Positions 19,068 to 29,725 are shown, counted from the first letter of the stretch. The stretch: DNA of 64,000 nt from Candidatus Micrarchaeota archaeon (GCA_043827025.1 JBDRPL010000009.1:4075-68074), one strand, 5' to 3'. The notes: generated from the letters alone by a model not told the origin. Numbers and translations are program-made.

Positions 19068-20669
19068 GTGTTTTCAGAAGAAGAAAAAAAGATACTAGAG
19101 CAATTCATGACCAACATGGACAAATCCATTTTTGTATTGAAGAATCTGCCTGAAGTAGTTAAGGGCGCCCTATTTGCAAGATATTCAAGAAGTTCAAAAT
19201 CCCTTCGCGAAGTCCTTCTTCGTGAATTCATCCAGATGCCTGAATCTGGATTTAAGGATATTGTTAATTATTCAAAGGGTTCAGGCCATGATGAAGTGGT
19301 TGCAATAAAGAAGGCAGAGGAGTTCTATGATCGCGTTTTAGTTGGCTATGGTGATGATTCTGTTGCTGAATTGGCTGGAGTTCACATCGCAATAGAAGAC
19401 GTCTCAAATATTGCAGTGAAATTCATCCAGGATGCCAGGATTGGCATCTGTCCGCTTGAGAAATCAACAAGATATGTTTATTTTGATGAAAAAGATAAGA
19501 ATGGAAAATGGCTCTATGTTGAGGAACCCGGGATAATGCAATCTGAATTCGCAGACGACTATATAATGACTTGTAATCGCCTTTTCGAAACCTATTCCAA
19601 ACTCAAACCTCAGGTTTCCAAATATGTGGAAGAAAAGTATCCGCAGGGAGAAGAATCTGAACGTGCATATAAGAGCACTATACGGGCAAAGACCTGCGAC
19701 CTGTTGCGAGGATTGCTTCCTGCTTCAACAAAGACCAACATGGGCGCTTTTGGAAATGGAAGGGCATTTGAATATCTTCTGACAAGAATGTATGCCTCTG
19801 ATTTGGAGGAAGTTAGAAGTGCAGCATCTTCTATTTATGAAGAGCTTAGGAAAGTTATGCCTTCTTTTGTGAAACGTTCTGGCAGTGAGCAGGGCAAAGT
19901 CATTCAGGAATATTGGAAAGGCATAAGGCAGAAGATGGTTGATGAAGGCACAGGTTTCCAATTGCCCTCAACAGCAAACCTGCCTGTTAAATTGGTTGAT
20001 TATGACAAAAATGCATTGAACAAGTTGGTTGCGTTTGCATTATTTGAATATACGCGATTGCCTGTTGAATCGATTTTGCACGAGGTTTCATCAATGCCTG
20101 ACGATTACAAACTAAAAATATTTTCGATGTATGTCGGTGACAGGAAGAATCGGAGGACAAAGCCAGGAAGGGCATTTGAAAATGTCTATTATACATTTGA
20201 CATCTGCGCGAATTTCGGCTGCTTTAGGGACATACATCGTCACCGCATTCTGACTCAACAGCGCCAGTTTCTTACAACTGCGCATGGCTACACAACTCCG
20301 AAAGAATTGAGTGAGGGTGGTTTTGAGCCGGAGTTTAAGGATGCGATGAAACTGGCTGATGAAACTTACAAGAAAATCGTTGTGAAGATGCCAGAGGAAG
20401 CGCAGTATATTGTTCCATTTGCCTACAATCTCAGATGGTACATGACGCTTAATCTGAGGGAAGCGTATCATTTCTGTGAATTGCGTTCAACACCTCAAGG
20501 GCATGTTGATTATCGAAGAGTAGCGCAACAGATGTATCAGGAAATAAAGAAAGTGCATCCATTTGTTGAAATGCAGGTTGACATGAAGGAATATGGATTA
20601 GAGCGCCTAGAGGCTGAGAAATGGATAGACAAAAGATTGGAAGAAGTAAAGAAAAAATACAGCAACTAG
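19068..20669 (+). CDS. thyX: FAD-dependent thymidylate synthase, duplicated two-domain type
   Basis: N-domain EKSTRY and C-domain RDIHRHRILTQQRQ; ELRSTPQGHxDYR; GTG start 19068 after AGGTG. Confidence 0.9.
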   Translation: MFSEEEKKILEQFMTNMDKSIFVLKNLPEVVKGALFARYSRSSKSLREVLLREFIQMPESGFKDIVNYSKGSGHDEVVAIKKAEEFYDRVLVGYGDDSVAELAGVHIAIEDVSNIAVKFIQDARIGICPLEKSTRYVYFDEKDKNGKWLYVEEPGIMQSEFADDYIMTCNRLFETYSKLKPQVSKYVEEKYPQGEESERAYKSTIRAKTCDLLRGLLPASTKTNMGAFGNGRAFEYLLTRMYASDLEEVRSAASSIYEELRKVMPSFVKRSGSEQGKVIQEYWKGIRQKMVDEGTGFQLPSTANLPVKLVDYDKNALNKLVAFALFEYTRLPVESILHEVSSMPDDYKLKIFSMYVGDRKNRRTKPGRAFENVYYTFDICANFGCFRDIHRHRILTQQRQFLTTAHGYTTPKELSEGGFEPEFKDAMKLADETYKKIVVKMPEEAQYIVPFAYNLRWYMTLNLREAYHFCELRSTPQGHVDYRRVAQQMYQEIKKVHPFVEMQVDMKEYGLERLEAEKWIDKRLEEVKKKYSN

Positions 20670-21310
20670 GAACCACTATTCTTGAAAGACTGCATTTCCT
20701 CAGCCAAATGTATTAATTCCTTTGCCCTGTTTCCAACTTCACCCTTTACCCTTGCTATTTCTCCAACTATTCCTGCCTCTCCATTAAGTGCAAGTACTTC
20801 AACAGCAGCCAATTGTAGCGGGACAGTCAATTTGTCGCGTTCCATTTCTCCAAGTGCTATGCATTTGAGGACTTGACCCTCTTTTCTTTGGTTATTTTCA
20901 CGTATCAGTCTTTTTGTCATTAGGCCTACCATAACTCTGTGGTAAGCGTCTTTTGCATCACTATGAAGGGGTTCATTTCCAAAGGACGAATCTGCAATCT
21001 GTCTTAACAAATGGTGCGCTTCAAGCCTTTCGAGTTTACTTAATGCATTTGAATTTCCTCTTCCAGCTTCCACGAAAAGCCGTGACCTGTTTTGGCCATC
21101 GGTTTCTCTGGAGGGTTCTTTTGCCATTGAAGCAATTTTCCTTAGGCGTGCAAGAGTAGTACTCCCCCCTATTACTCGGCATTCAGGTTCAGTAAGCGGA
21201 ATAGTTGCAACAAGCCCTAATCTTGTGCTTTGCGGTCCTCCGCTTCCATCTCTGCAGGACAGGAATCTTCCACCTGCTCCATGTGTTCCTTTTTGTGCGA
21301 AACTGGCCAT
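20666..21310 (-). CDS. Hypothetical orphan protein
   Basis: 214-aa ORF, unstructured basic N-terminus and helical C-terminus. Confidence 0.6.
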   Translation of the reverse strand: MASFAQKGTHGAGGRFLSCRDGSGGPQSTRLGLVATIPLTEPECRVIGGSTTLARLRKIASMAKEPSRETDGQNRSRLFVEAGRGNSNALSKLERLEAHHLLRQIADSSFGNEPLHSDAKDAYHRVMVGLMTKRLIRENNQRKEGQVLKCIALGEMERDKLTVPLQLAAVEVLALNGEAGIVGEIARVKGEVGNRAKELIHLAEEMQSFKNSGS

Positions 21311-21374
21311 TCCATATTTACAAATTTATTTCTATTTAAACATTTGTCACAGAATTATTCCAAAAAGAATATAC

Positions 21375-22589
21375 TCAGAACATTTCCCCAAGTAAATAAA
21401 TGCTTCCGCAAACCAGTATCATATCTTTTTTCTTAGCTTTCTTCTTTGCCTCTTTCAATGCCTTTTTGCAGTCTTCGATTGCAATTGCCTCAGTGTAGTT
21501 CTTTGCCAACTTCAAGACATTTTTCACCCTTTCACATCTTTCTGTTTTTATCTGCGTACAGATGAACAAGTCTGCCTGTGGAGCAAGAAGATGCACCATC
21601 TCCTGCCAATTCTTGTCTTTCATCACTCCGAAAACAATGATGAGTTTGTCATAGTTGAATATATGTAAATTGCCAATCAGTTCTCCGATTCCATTCGGGT
21701 TGTGCGCGCCATCTATCACAAGAAGCGGGTTCTTTCCGATTATCTCGAGCCGTCCGGAGTTCTTGGTTGCGAGAAGCCCTTTTCTTATAGCCTCTTCACT
21801 TACTCCCAATTCTTCAGCAGCTATTACTGCAAGCGATGCATTCTTTGTCTGGTGCCTGCCAAGTAATTTAATTTCAAGATTGTCATGGAATTCATGACCA
21901 ACGAATTCAAATAGCCCATGCTTGTTGTTGTACTCCTTGGTTTTGATATAGAAATCTTCATTGAAAATCTTCAATGGAATTCCAAGCTTTGTCGCATTCT
22001 CCTTTATGACATCCAAACCTCTTCCTTTTGTACCAGTTATGCATAGGCCCTTCTTCATTATGCCTGTTTTTTCGTAAGCTATTTCGTCTATTGTTTTACC
22101 AAGCCTGTTTGTATGGTCTAATTCTATATTAGTAATTATAGAAATGGCTTCCTGCGCTACATTCGTTGCATCCTGCCTTCCGCCTAATCCTATCTCCATG
22201 ACTGCAAAGTCGCATTTTTCATCTGAAAAATATTTATACGCAACTGCAGTCAATGCTTCGAATAGGGTTATGTTGTTCTTGTTTTTCTTGGCATATGCGA
22301 GTACTTCGCTCTCGTATTTGCTAAATGTTTTGTCACTAATTTCTTTTCCATTGATACGGATGCGTTCGTTGTACTTTTTAAGATGCGGTGAAAAATAGCT
22401 GCCAACCTTATAGCCCTCTTCCTTCAAGATGGAAGCAAGATAGGCTGTAACAGAGCCTTTGCCATTGGTTCCTGTGATAAGAATTACCTTGTAATCCTCT
22501 TGCGGGTTTCCCCAAAGCTTGAGAAGTTTCTCTATCCTGGACAAACCCAGTTTCATATCCTGCTTCAATGCTTTCTCGAGTTTTTTCAT
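21375..22589 (-). CDS. folC: Folylpolyglutamate/dihydrofolate synthase
   Basis: GTNGKGS, SPHL, EIGLGGRQDATN, DHTxxLG, IDGAHN. Confidence 0.95.
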   Translation of the reverse strand: MKKLEKALKQDMKLGLSRIEKLLKLWGNPQEDYKVILITGTNGKGSVTAYLASILKEEGYKVGSYFSPHLKKYNERIRINGKEISDKTFSKYESEVLAYAKKNKNNITLFEALTAVAYKYFSDEKCDFAVMEIGLGGRQDATNVAQEAISIITNIELDHTNRLGKTIDEIAYEKTGIMKKGLCITGTKGRGLDVIKENATKLGIPLKIFNEDFYIKTKEYNNKHGLFEFVGHEFHDNLEIKLLGRHQTKNASLAVIAAEELGVSEEAIRKGLLATKNSGRLEIIGKNPLLVIDGAHNPNGIGELIGNLHIFNYDKLIIVFGVMKDKNWQEMVHLLAPQADLFICTQIKTERCERVKNVLKLAKNYTEAIAIEDCKKALKEAKKKAKKKDMILVCGSIYLLGEMF

Positions 22590-22605
22590 TCAAACACATT
22601 TCAGT

Positions 22606-23463
22606 TTATCTTTTTTTATTTCTGTCTGCAGCTTTCATAGTATTCGCCAAAAGCATTGCAACTGTCAATGGCCCTACTCCTCCAGGAACTGGTGAGCAAT
22701 TTGCTTTTTTAATGACTTCATCAAAGACGACATCTCCAACTACTTTTTCTTTGCCATCAACCATTACTCTTGTGGTGCCGATATCAATCACAGTGGCTCC
22801 TTCCTTCACCATTTTTCCAGTTATGAGTTTTGGTGATCCGGCTGCTGCAAGAATTACGTCTGCATTGGTTGTGTGCTCCGCCAAGTTTCGAGTTTTGGAA
22901 TGGCACAGGGTGACAGTCGCATTCTTATGAAGCAGCATCATCGCCAGTGGTTTTCCAACAGTATTTCCCCGTCCAATCACAACTGCTTTTTTGCCTTCAA
23001 GCTCAATTTTATAGAATTCAAGCATTTTCATTACTCCAAGAGGAGTGGCTGGCCAGAACGTCTCACCATCAACTATGTTCTGCATTACTTTCCCCATATT
23101 TATCGAAGTGTATCCATCAACATCTTTTTTTGGGTCAATCGTCTCGATTACCATGTTCGTGTCAATGTGCTTTGGAATTGGAGTCTGTACAATGAATCCA
23201 TCAATTTTTCTGTCATTGTTCAGTTTTTTGACCTCTTCAAGCAGCTTGTTTTCAGAAATAGATCCAGGGAACTTGTAAACCTCAGCTTTCACTCCAATCT
23301 CAGCAGCCTTCTCGCATTTCTTTCTAACATAAACTTGCGATGGCTTGTCCTCACCTATCACAACTATCCCCAGGACGGGTGCCAAGCCTTTTTCCTTTAT
23401 CTTTTTTTCCAATTCTTCAGTTATCTTCCCTGCAACTTCTTTTCCAGAAAGCGTTTTGTACAT
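22606..23463 (-). CDS. folD: Methylene-THF dehydrogenase/cyclohydrolase
   Basis: SQVYVRKK, KDVDG, PATPLG, GRGNTVGKP, PVPGGVGPLTVA; ATG at 23463. Confidence 0.97.
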   Translation of the reverse strand: MYKTLSGKEVAGKITEELEKKIKEKGLAPVLGIVVIGEDKPSQVYVRKKCEKAAEIGVKAEVYKFPGSISENKLLEEVKKLNNDRKIDGFIVQTPIPKHIDTNMVIETIDPKKDVDGYTSINMGKVMQNIVDGETFWPATPLGVMKMLEFYKIELEGKKAVVIGRGNTVGKPLAMMLLHKNATVTLCHSKTRNLAEHTTNADVILAAAGSPKLITGKMVKEGATVIDIGTTRVMVDGKEKVVGDVVFDEVIKKANCSPVPGGVGPLTVAMLLANTMKAADRNKKR

Positions 23464-23669
23464 GTGGAAAACAATATCGTGAAACAAATAAAAACCATCA
23501 GGATTCCTTTTTTTGGTAGTTACCGAACGAGCGTTGCTAATAAACCCCTAGGTTTTGCCTACTTTCTGAGCAACCTTCAGACTTTATGAGCAAACGGGAC
23601 TATTTTAGGAACGTTTACCGAACAGTAAGCTTTATAAATCTGTTTTTTGAAAAGGTATCAGGCGTTTTT

Positions 23670-26009
23670 ATGAATTGTCGAAACATCATGTTGGTTCTTC
23701 TGGGATTGTTATTGGTTAGTGGGTTTGGATTTTCAGCTACTATTTTTGTTAATGGCACAGATACCCAAGCTCCCAATTGTGGTGGTTTTGATAGCCGGGG
23801 TTATGCAAATTATACTACAATCAGTGATGCCATAAGTTTTGCATCTGCAGGAGACCAGATAATTATATGTAAAAAAGATGGAGGGTATTTTGAAAACATC
23901 GTTGTTAACAAGTCTTTGAATATCACTACTCCAAACAATGGTTCTGCAGCAACACTTTATGCTCTTAATACAAAATTGCCAGCCATAAACATAACAGCTA
24001 ACTGGACAAACATATCATTTTTACATATCTCTGGTGCAGGTGTGAATGAGGTGGTAGGTGCTCCACCCGCTGGAATTCGCATAAATGCATCCCACATAAA
24101 CATTTCAAACGTAAATATCTCCAATTGTACTTATGGTGTTTATCTTGATGTTACTTTGGAGCATGTTGAATTTAGGGACAGTACCAGACCGCTCTATAAT
24201 TATTTCTATAACAATAGGGTCTATAATAATTCTATAGGGTTTTATCTGGCAGGCAATGGTACTTTTGTGAATAACACAGTTTTTGATAACTGGTTATATG
24301 GATTTTATATAAATGGAACTGCGAGCTATTCAACGTTCATAAATAATACGGGATATAATTACACTGAAGCCGGAAATACCTCCGGCCAATTGGCTGGTTT
24401 CCAGGTGGAAGGGGCAAGCTACCTTAATTTTACCAACAATACGGCATACAATAACAATGTCGGATTTAACATAAGTACTTCGAATTATCTTAACCTTTCG
24501 AACAATACAGGTTACAACAACACTTATTATAATTTCGGATTCAGTGGAAGCAGTGCAAACCTAAGCCACAACAATGTGACTAACATCTCAAGGGGTGTTG
24601 GGTATCAATTCGACACTCGTTCCAATGTATCCTTTGCACAGAATAATTATGTATGGAACAGGACTGCAATTGGAATAGATATAAACATCAGTGGAGGAAG
24701 CGCAGTTACTACCTATTTCAATTCAATTTTCAATAATTTAACAACTACAAACGGCTCCATATTCTTTGATGCTGCTAAGGAGCTTCAAATCGTTGTATTC
24801 AGCCCTTCAAGCAGTGGGGCACTTCAAGACACTACTTGTGCAGATTCTGCTTCCCGTAACAACTGTACCAGGGTTACATATTACAATAAAGATTATGTGA
24901 ATTTGACTGCTAATTCAGTAGCTCCATCGATACTCCTTGGTTTGTATTATAATACAAGCACTGATGCTACAACAAGTGATCTTGCAATTGGAAGGATCGG
25001 GTTGTACATCACAAGTGGAAGTGCATGGGAGCATCTTGGTGTTGATACATTAGATACTAGCAGAGGTACTGTGAGGAAAGTGTTGACTTCTCCAGAGGTA
25101 AACACTTCATCAATGACGTATGGAATTTCCAACTTAATTCTTCTTTCGACGTCTTGGGTATCCAGTCCTTCGACTACAAGCACCAAGTCATTCACTCTTT
25201 CAAAGGAATTCGACTGTAATACTGGGAAACTGACTGTTGAGACTGGCGGTGTTTCATATGTTGATGTCAGTTTGGTTGAAACTTCTCCAATTTATGTTCT
25301 TATAAGTATGGAAACTACGACGGCAGATGGAGTGGAATTTACCATTACACAGAGCGGAACTTATAAGCTTCTGGCTGCTAGGTCAGGATACTATTCAGAA
25401 CAGATAGTAGACATGGATCTGACTTTGTGTTCCGAACCAACTCCTCAGACAACTCCAGAATGCACAACTGATTCAGATTGCCTTAATTCAGAAACATGCA
25501 TTGGTGGAAGCTGTGCAGCAGTAACTGGAGTATGCGGTTATGCTTCAGACCACGAATGGGTGGCATATGATTGTTGCATGGATTCAGATTGTTTGTCAGG
25601 TTACTCATGTGTCTCCCATGAATGTGTTTCAGTTGTTTCAGAACTGGAACAGCAGGCTCGTGAAGCACTTGAAAATGCAAATGCCAAGATCGCCATGGCA
25701 AAGGCAGAAGGAAAGGATGTTTCAGGAGCAGAGGCCAAATACATGGAGGCAGAACTCCTGTTCCAGGGTAATGATTACGAATCTGCAGTTTCAGTTTCAA
25801 CACTTTCCGTGTCTTTGATAAAGGATAAACCAAAGGCAAGTAGTGTGCCTCCGAAGACAACTACTACAACGACAACGCCAACAACACCTGCAAATCAGGA
25901 ACTTCCTAAGCAGGATATGGGGGGCCTTATTTTGATGTTAGGTGCAGGTGTAGTCTTATTAGTTGTTCTTGTTGGGGCTTACTTTGTGATGAAGGGAAAG
26001 AAAAAGTAA
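23670..26009 (+). CDS. Secreted surface protein: parallel beta-helix (NosD-like) region, Cys-rich module, Thr/Pro linker, C-terminal TM anchor
   Basis: Signal peptide, Asn-rich NNTxYNN-G repeats, YDCCMDSDC module, terminal hydrophobic helix followed by KGKKK. Confidence 0.85.
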   Translation: MNCRNIMLVLLGLLLVSGFGFSATIFVNGTDTQAPNCGGFDSRGYANYTTISDAISFASAGDQIIICKKDGGYFENIVVNKSLNITTPNNGSAATLYALNTKLPAINITANWTNISFLHISGAGVNEVVGAPPAGIRINASHINISNVNISNCTYGVYLDVTLEHVEFRDSTRPLYNYFYNNRVYNNSIGFYLAGNGTFVNNTVFDNWLYGFYINGTASYSTFINNTGYNYTEAGNTSGQLAGFQVEGASYLNFTNNTAYNNNVGFNISTSNYLNLSNNTGYNNTYYNFGFSGSSANLSHNNVTNISRGVGYQFDTRSNVSFAQNNYVWNRTAIGIDINISGGSAVTTYFNSIFNNLTTTNGSIFFDAAKELQIVVFSPSSSGALQDTTCADSASRNNCTRVTYYNKDYVNLTANSVAPSILLGLYYNTSTDATTSDLAIGRIGLYITSGSAWEHLGVDTLDTSRGTVRKVLTSPEVNTSSMTYGISNLILLSTSWVSSPSTTSTKSFTLSKEFDCNTGKLTVETGGVSYVDVSLVETSPIYVLISMETTTADGVEFTITQSGTYKLLAARSGYYSEQIVDMDLTLCSEPTPQTTPECTTDSDCLNSETCIGGSCAAVTGVCGYASDHEWVAYDCCMDSDCLSGYSCVSHECVSVVSELEQQAREALENANAKIAMAKAEGKDVSGAEAKYMEAELLFQGNDYESAVSVSTLSVSLIKDKPKASSVPPKTTTTTTTPTTPANQELPKQDMGGLILMLGAGVVLLVVLVGAYFVMKGKKK

Positions 26010-26137
26010 TCCCTTATTTTTTATCATTTTTTCTTTTCATCTCTTTTTTCCATCCTTCGTTGTTGTTTTCACTTTTTTTGTCTTTTTTCATAGGCATATT
26101 TATAAATATAGTTCTCGTAGTTTTTTTAGGTGAATAT

Positions 26138-26371
26138 ATGGTAAAAAAATTAGTCAAGAGAGGGGATTCCTTCAAAGAGGCAAAGCTCAGAGCTTCCCTT
26201 AATCGTGCAGGCGTCCTTCCAAAACAATCTGGAGAAATCGTGGTATTGGTCAAAAAATATGTTGCAAAGGAAAGCAGGCCAACGACCTTGGGTGTAAGAA
26301 AGATTGTCGAAGTTTATCTAAAGAAAGAGAATCCAAAAGCCCACAAGAAGTACCACGTACATAAAAAATAA
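26138..26371 (+). CDS. Stand-alone ATP-cone domain protein
   Basis: GGTGA RBS, then VKRGDSFKEAKLRASLNRAG...TTLGVRKIVEVYL pattern. Confidence 0.7.
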   Translation: MVKKLVKRGDSFKEAKLRASLNRAGVLPKQSGEIVVLVKKYVAKESRPTTLGVRKIVEVYLKKENPKAHKKYHVHKK

Positions 26372-26410
26372 AAAATAATTTTTTTTCTTGTTTTTTTATT
26401 TTTTTGTATC
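26372..26410. terminator. A/T-tract inverted repeat between convergent genes
   Basis: AAAAAATAAAAAATA followed by T-tracts, usable on both strands. Confidence 0.45.
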
Positions 26411-26417
26411 CTAATTT

Positions 26418-26894
26418 TCAGTCAATGACATTTATCTGGATTGATTTGGTTATGTCCATTGACATGGGTACATCAAGGATTGCCTTAAGGCGCCATATGA
26501 CTGGTGTTGCACTTGGTGTGCCAATTCTTCCAGCCATGAATGAACCTGCTCCACCCATGCCCGGTATTGCTGCGGGTGGGGATATATTCAGTTTTGGAAC
26601 TGCTATTTCAAATGGGTATTTTTTGCTGGTATACTCCCTTTCTTTGTCAAGTGTGAGTGCAAATGAATAAAGCACTTCAGTATCTGTTGTTGTTGTCGGG
26701 GTTTGCCCTGGTTTGATTTCAACTCTTTTTACTTGCCTCTCAGCACGTATCTCTACCCTGAGTTCATTTGCCTTTTTTGGCTTTGGCAAATCAAGCACAA
26801 CTTCTCCCTTTATTTTACTCCCTTTTTTTACATTGGGGTCCTTGATAGTTATGCCTATCTTTCCTTCTCCGAAACCTAAAAAACCAAACATCAT
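26418..26894 (-). CDS. Arrestin-N/SpoOM-like beta-sandwich protein
   Basis: IKGEVVLDL, YPFEIAVP, WRLKAILDVPMSMDI pattern. Confidence 0.65.
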   Translation of the reverse strand: MMFGFLGFGEGKIGITIKDPNVKKGSKIKGEVVLDLPKPKKANELRVEIRAERQVKRVEIKPGQTPTTTTDTEVLYSFALTLDKEREYTSKKYPFEIAVPKLNISPPAAIPGMGGAGSFMAGRIGTPSATPVIWRLKAILDVPMSMDITKSIQINVID

Positions 26895-26952
26895 ATCATC
26901 ACAAAGCTAATTCGAAAAGAAGATTAATTAATGTTTACTCCTGGGATTTGGC

Positions 26953-28848
26953 TCATTTGAGTCTTATTGCCTCGAGATTTGCCATTGCCCTTCCTTCCTT
27001 GCCAAGCATCATCTGTGCTCCTCTTGCAAGTTCGTCTGTCTTTCCCCAGTCTCCATGCATTGTAATGACTCTTTCTGGGCTTGGCCTTATATTTTTTATA
27101 TACGCCATTAGCTGGGCTCTGTCTGAGTGGCCTGAGAATCCTTCTGCAGTTTCTATTTGCATATTTATGTTGAGTATTTTTAGTCTGCCGTCATCCCCTG
27201 TTATTGGTATTTCTTTCAAGCCCCTTTGGATCTTACTTCCAAGCGAGAGCGCGCCCTGATATCCCACAAACACCAGTGTGTTCTTTGGGTCATCTGCCAT
27301 GAGCTTGAGGTATTCATAAGAAGGGCCACCATTAAGCATTCCTGAGGGCGCCAATATGATTGCAGGTTCTCCATTCGTTATTAATTCTTTTTCAACGCCT
27401 TTCGCAACCTTTATCATTGGAGATTCAAATGGGCTGTTATTCGAAAGTATCCTTCTTTGGAGCTGTTCTCTAAGATACTCTGGGTATGCAGTGTGTATAG
27501 CAGATGCCTCAAGCACCATTCCGTCAATATATAATGGTATATTGAAATTTGGGTTCATTCTGTAATACTCTTCAAGCACAAGCATGATTTCCTGGCTTCT
27601 TCCTACTGAAAATACTGGGATAAGGACCTTTCCTTTTCTGTCAATTGTCTGTTGGATTAGATCTGTTAATTTCTTCTCAGCTTCAACTCTTTTAGCCCCT
27701 ATGTCATTTCTTCCTCCATAAGTACTTTCCACCATTAAGGTTTCTACTCTTGGGAAGTGGGTGTTTGCAGGTTCGAATAATTTTGTGAAGCCGAATTTTA
27801 TGTCTCCAGAATATACTAAGTTGTGCGCACCTTCTCCTATGTGAAGGTGTACGCTTGCGCTTCCTAAAATATGACCTGCATTATAGAATGTCATTTTTAT
27901 TTCAGGGGTTATATCCACAACTTCGTTATATGGGACAGTTATCATGTGTTTGAGTTCTTTTTGTATGTCCTTCTTGGAATATGGCGGGTCTACGCCAAAT
28001 GCTCTTTTTGTGAGGTTGACATAGTCTTGCTGAAGCAGTATTGTAAGGTCTCTTGTCGGTGGAGTGCAATAAACTGGCCCGTCATACCCGTATGCATAAA
28101 GGTAAGGTACGAAACCCGAGTGGTCTGTGTGGGCATGGCTTAGTACAACTGCATCCAATTCCTCAACAGAGAAACCCATCATATTAAGGTAAGGATATGC
28201 TTTAGTTGGATCGCCTGTTGAAGTATTGACTCCGCAATCAAGTAGTATTTTGCTGTTAGGGGTCTGGACAAGTACGCAGGACCTTCCGATTTCTCTGAAT
28301 GCGCCTAGCGATACTATTCTTATCCAGTCGCTTGTAGGCGGGGGTTGGCATATCTTCTTGCCGAGAGACACCAGGAATTTCTTTCTTTCAGCTGCCTCTG
28401 CTATCAAGCTCTTTCTTATCCCATCTATTGTTGAAGATGGCATTGTTGGTGCCCTTTTTGCAATAGGGGTCCAGTTCGTCTGCATCATCATCTCTTTAAG
28501 TATTGAGCCGCCCTTTCCTATTACTAATCCTGGCTTAACTGCCTCTATGAACACTTCAGAAAATTCAGGGTTGAATCTTATGTCTTTCAACTCTGCTTCT
28601 TTTGGGATTATGCTCTCGATTATCTTTTTTGCGGATTCAGGTTCCATGAGAGCTGAAGGGTCTACTCTAATACTGACCTTCTTCTTCAATGTTCCTGCAA
28701 TCTCTTTTATGAGCTGGTCATTCTTGTAGAACTCTTTTATGTTTCTTATGTAAATCACAGTTTCAAGTCCTTCTGGCTCGACTTTTGTGATTTCACATGT
28801 CTTTGGCATTATTGCATGTACTGCTTTTTCAATGTCTTTATAGTGCAC
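26953..28848 (-). CDS. aCPSF1: Beta-CASP ribonuclease aCPSF1 (KH domains + MBL)
   Basis: KPGLVIGKGG, SHAHTDHSG, GHILGS, FSGHSDR; next to psmB. Confidence 0.97.
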   Translation of the reverse strand: MHYKDIEKAVHAIMPKTCEITKVEPEGLETVIYIRNIKEFYKNDQLIKEIAGTLKKKVSIRVDPSALMEPESAKKIIESIIPKEAELKDIRFNPEFSEVFIEAVKPGLVIGKGGSILKEMMMQTNWTPIAKRAPTMPSSTIDGIRKSLIAEAAERKKFLVSLGKKICQPPPTSDWIRIVSLGAFREIGRSCVLVQTPNSKILLDCGVNTSTGDPTKAYPYLNMMGFSVEELDAVVLSHAHTDHSGFVPYLYAYGYDGPVYCTPPTRDLTILLQQDYVNLTKRAFGVDPPYSKKDIQKELKHMITVPYNEVVDITPEIKMTFYNAGHILGSASVHLHIGEGAHNLVYSGDIKFGFTKLFEPANTHFPRVETLMVESTYGGRNDIGAKRVEAEKKLTDLIQQTIDRKGKVLIPVFSVGRSQEIMLVLEEYYRMNPNFNIPLYIDGMVLEASAIHTAYPEYLREQLQRRILSNNSPFESPMIKVAKGVEKELITNGEPAIILAPSGMLNGGPSYEYLKLMADDPKNTLVFVGYQGALSLGSKIQRGLKEIPITGDDGRLKILNINMQIETAEGFSGHSDRAQLMAYIKNIRPSPERVITMHGDWGKTDELARGAQMMLGKEGRAMANLEAIRLK

Positions 28849-28978
28849 TTTTACACCTCGAATTTTATCTATGGTTTTATGGATAATATGTTCGCTTTAT
28901 TTTAATGTAAAAAATTAAATAAGAAAAATCAATAACTGAAATCTATTTAGATTCTAAGTTTATTTTGCCATGATTTAA

Positions 28979-29623
28979 TCAGGATTCAATTATTTTTTTG
29001 ACATCCTCCTTCCTCATCCTCTGAAATCCGTTCTTGTCTATTACGACCAAATCTACTCTTTCACCGCTTGCAGCATCTCTTTTCATTGCAGATGTGACTG
29101 CCTTTGCAGCTATAAGCAGATTCTCATGTACTGTGGCATTGTCGGTGTAAAGGTCTTCAATGACACCGTATGCAATTGGCGAACCGCTGCCTGTGGATGT
29201 CAACTTCTCTTCAGTGACTCCTCCGAGCATATCAATACTATATAATCTTGGTTTGCTGTCATATCCGCCAAGGAGTATCTGCACCCAAAAGGGGTAATAT
29301 TTATGCCCTGCCAGTATGTTTGCAAGTAATGTAGCTGCTGCCTGTATTGATGCTTTTTTACTGTGTTTCAATTCATATAATTTCAATTCTGCAGACATCC
29401 ACCTTATGAGTGTTTGTGCATCTCCCACGCTTCCTGCGATAGTCATGCCTATGTGCTTGTCTATTGGATATATCTTATCAATATCCTTGCTTGCGATCAA
29501 GTATCCCATCGTGGCACGTCTGTCCGATGCCAGGACTACGCTGTCCTTTCCGACTAATCCGACAGTTGTTGTACCGGTTTTGATGATCCTCTCGTTTTTC
29601 ATGCTTTCTTTTTGGTCATCCAT
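28979..29623 (-). CDS. psmB: Proteasome beta subunit
   Basis: Propeptide ending KTG|TTTVG, ASDRRAT, GSGSPIAYG, RDAASG. Confidence 0.97.
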   Translation of the reverse strand: MDDQKESMKNERIIKTGTTTVGLVGKDSVVLASDRRATMGYLIASKDIDKIYPIDKHIGMTIAGSVGDAQTLIRWMSAELKLYELKHSKKASIQAAATLLANILAGHKYYPFWVQILLGGYDSKPRLYSIDMLGGVTEEKLTSTGSGSPIAYGVIEDLYTDNATVHENLLIAAKAVTSAMKRDAASGERVDLVVIDKNGFQRMRKEDVKKIIES

Positions 29624-29725
29624 TTTAAATCATCTCGGGAGAATAAGTTATTATTAACTTAGACACTAATCTTTTTAAAGCTGAGTCTCCTCTGTTTTTA
29701 ATAATCTTACCTTAGAAACCTAGGT

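Noticed and set aside
22873-23589. 238-aa + strand ORF and other long antisense ORFs (e.g. 55045-55701, 41219-41812)
   Set aside because: Antisense shadows of folD, the secretion operon and hppA; no motifs.
23464-23640. THF riboswitch upstream of folD
   Set aside because: Only a loose CAGAAAGUAGG resemblance; no supporting helices.
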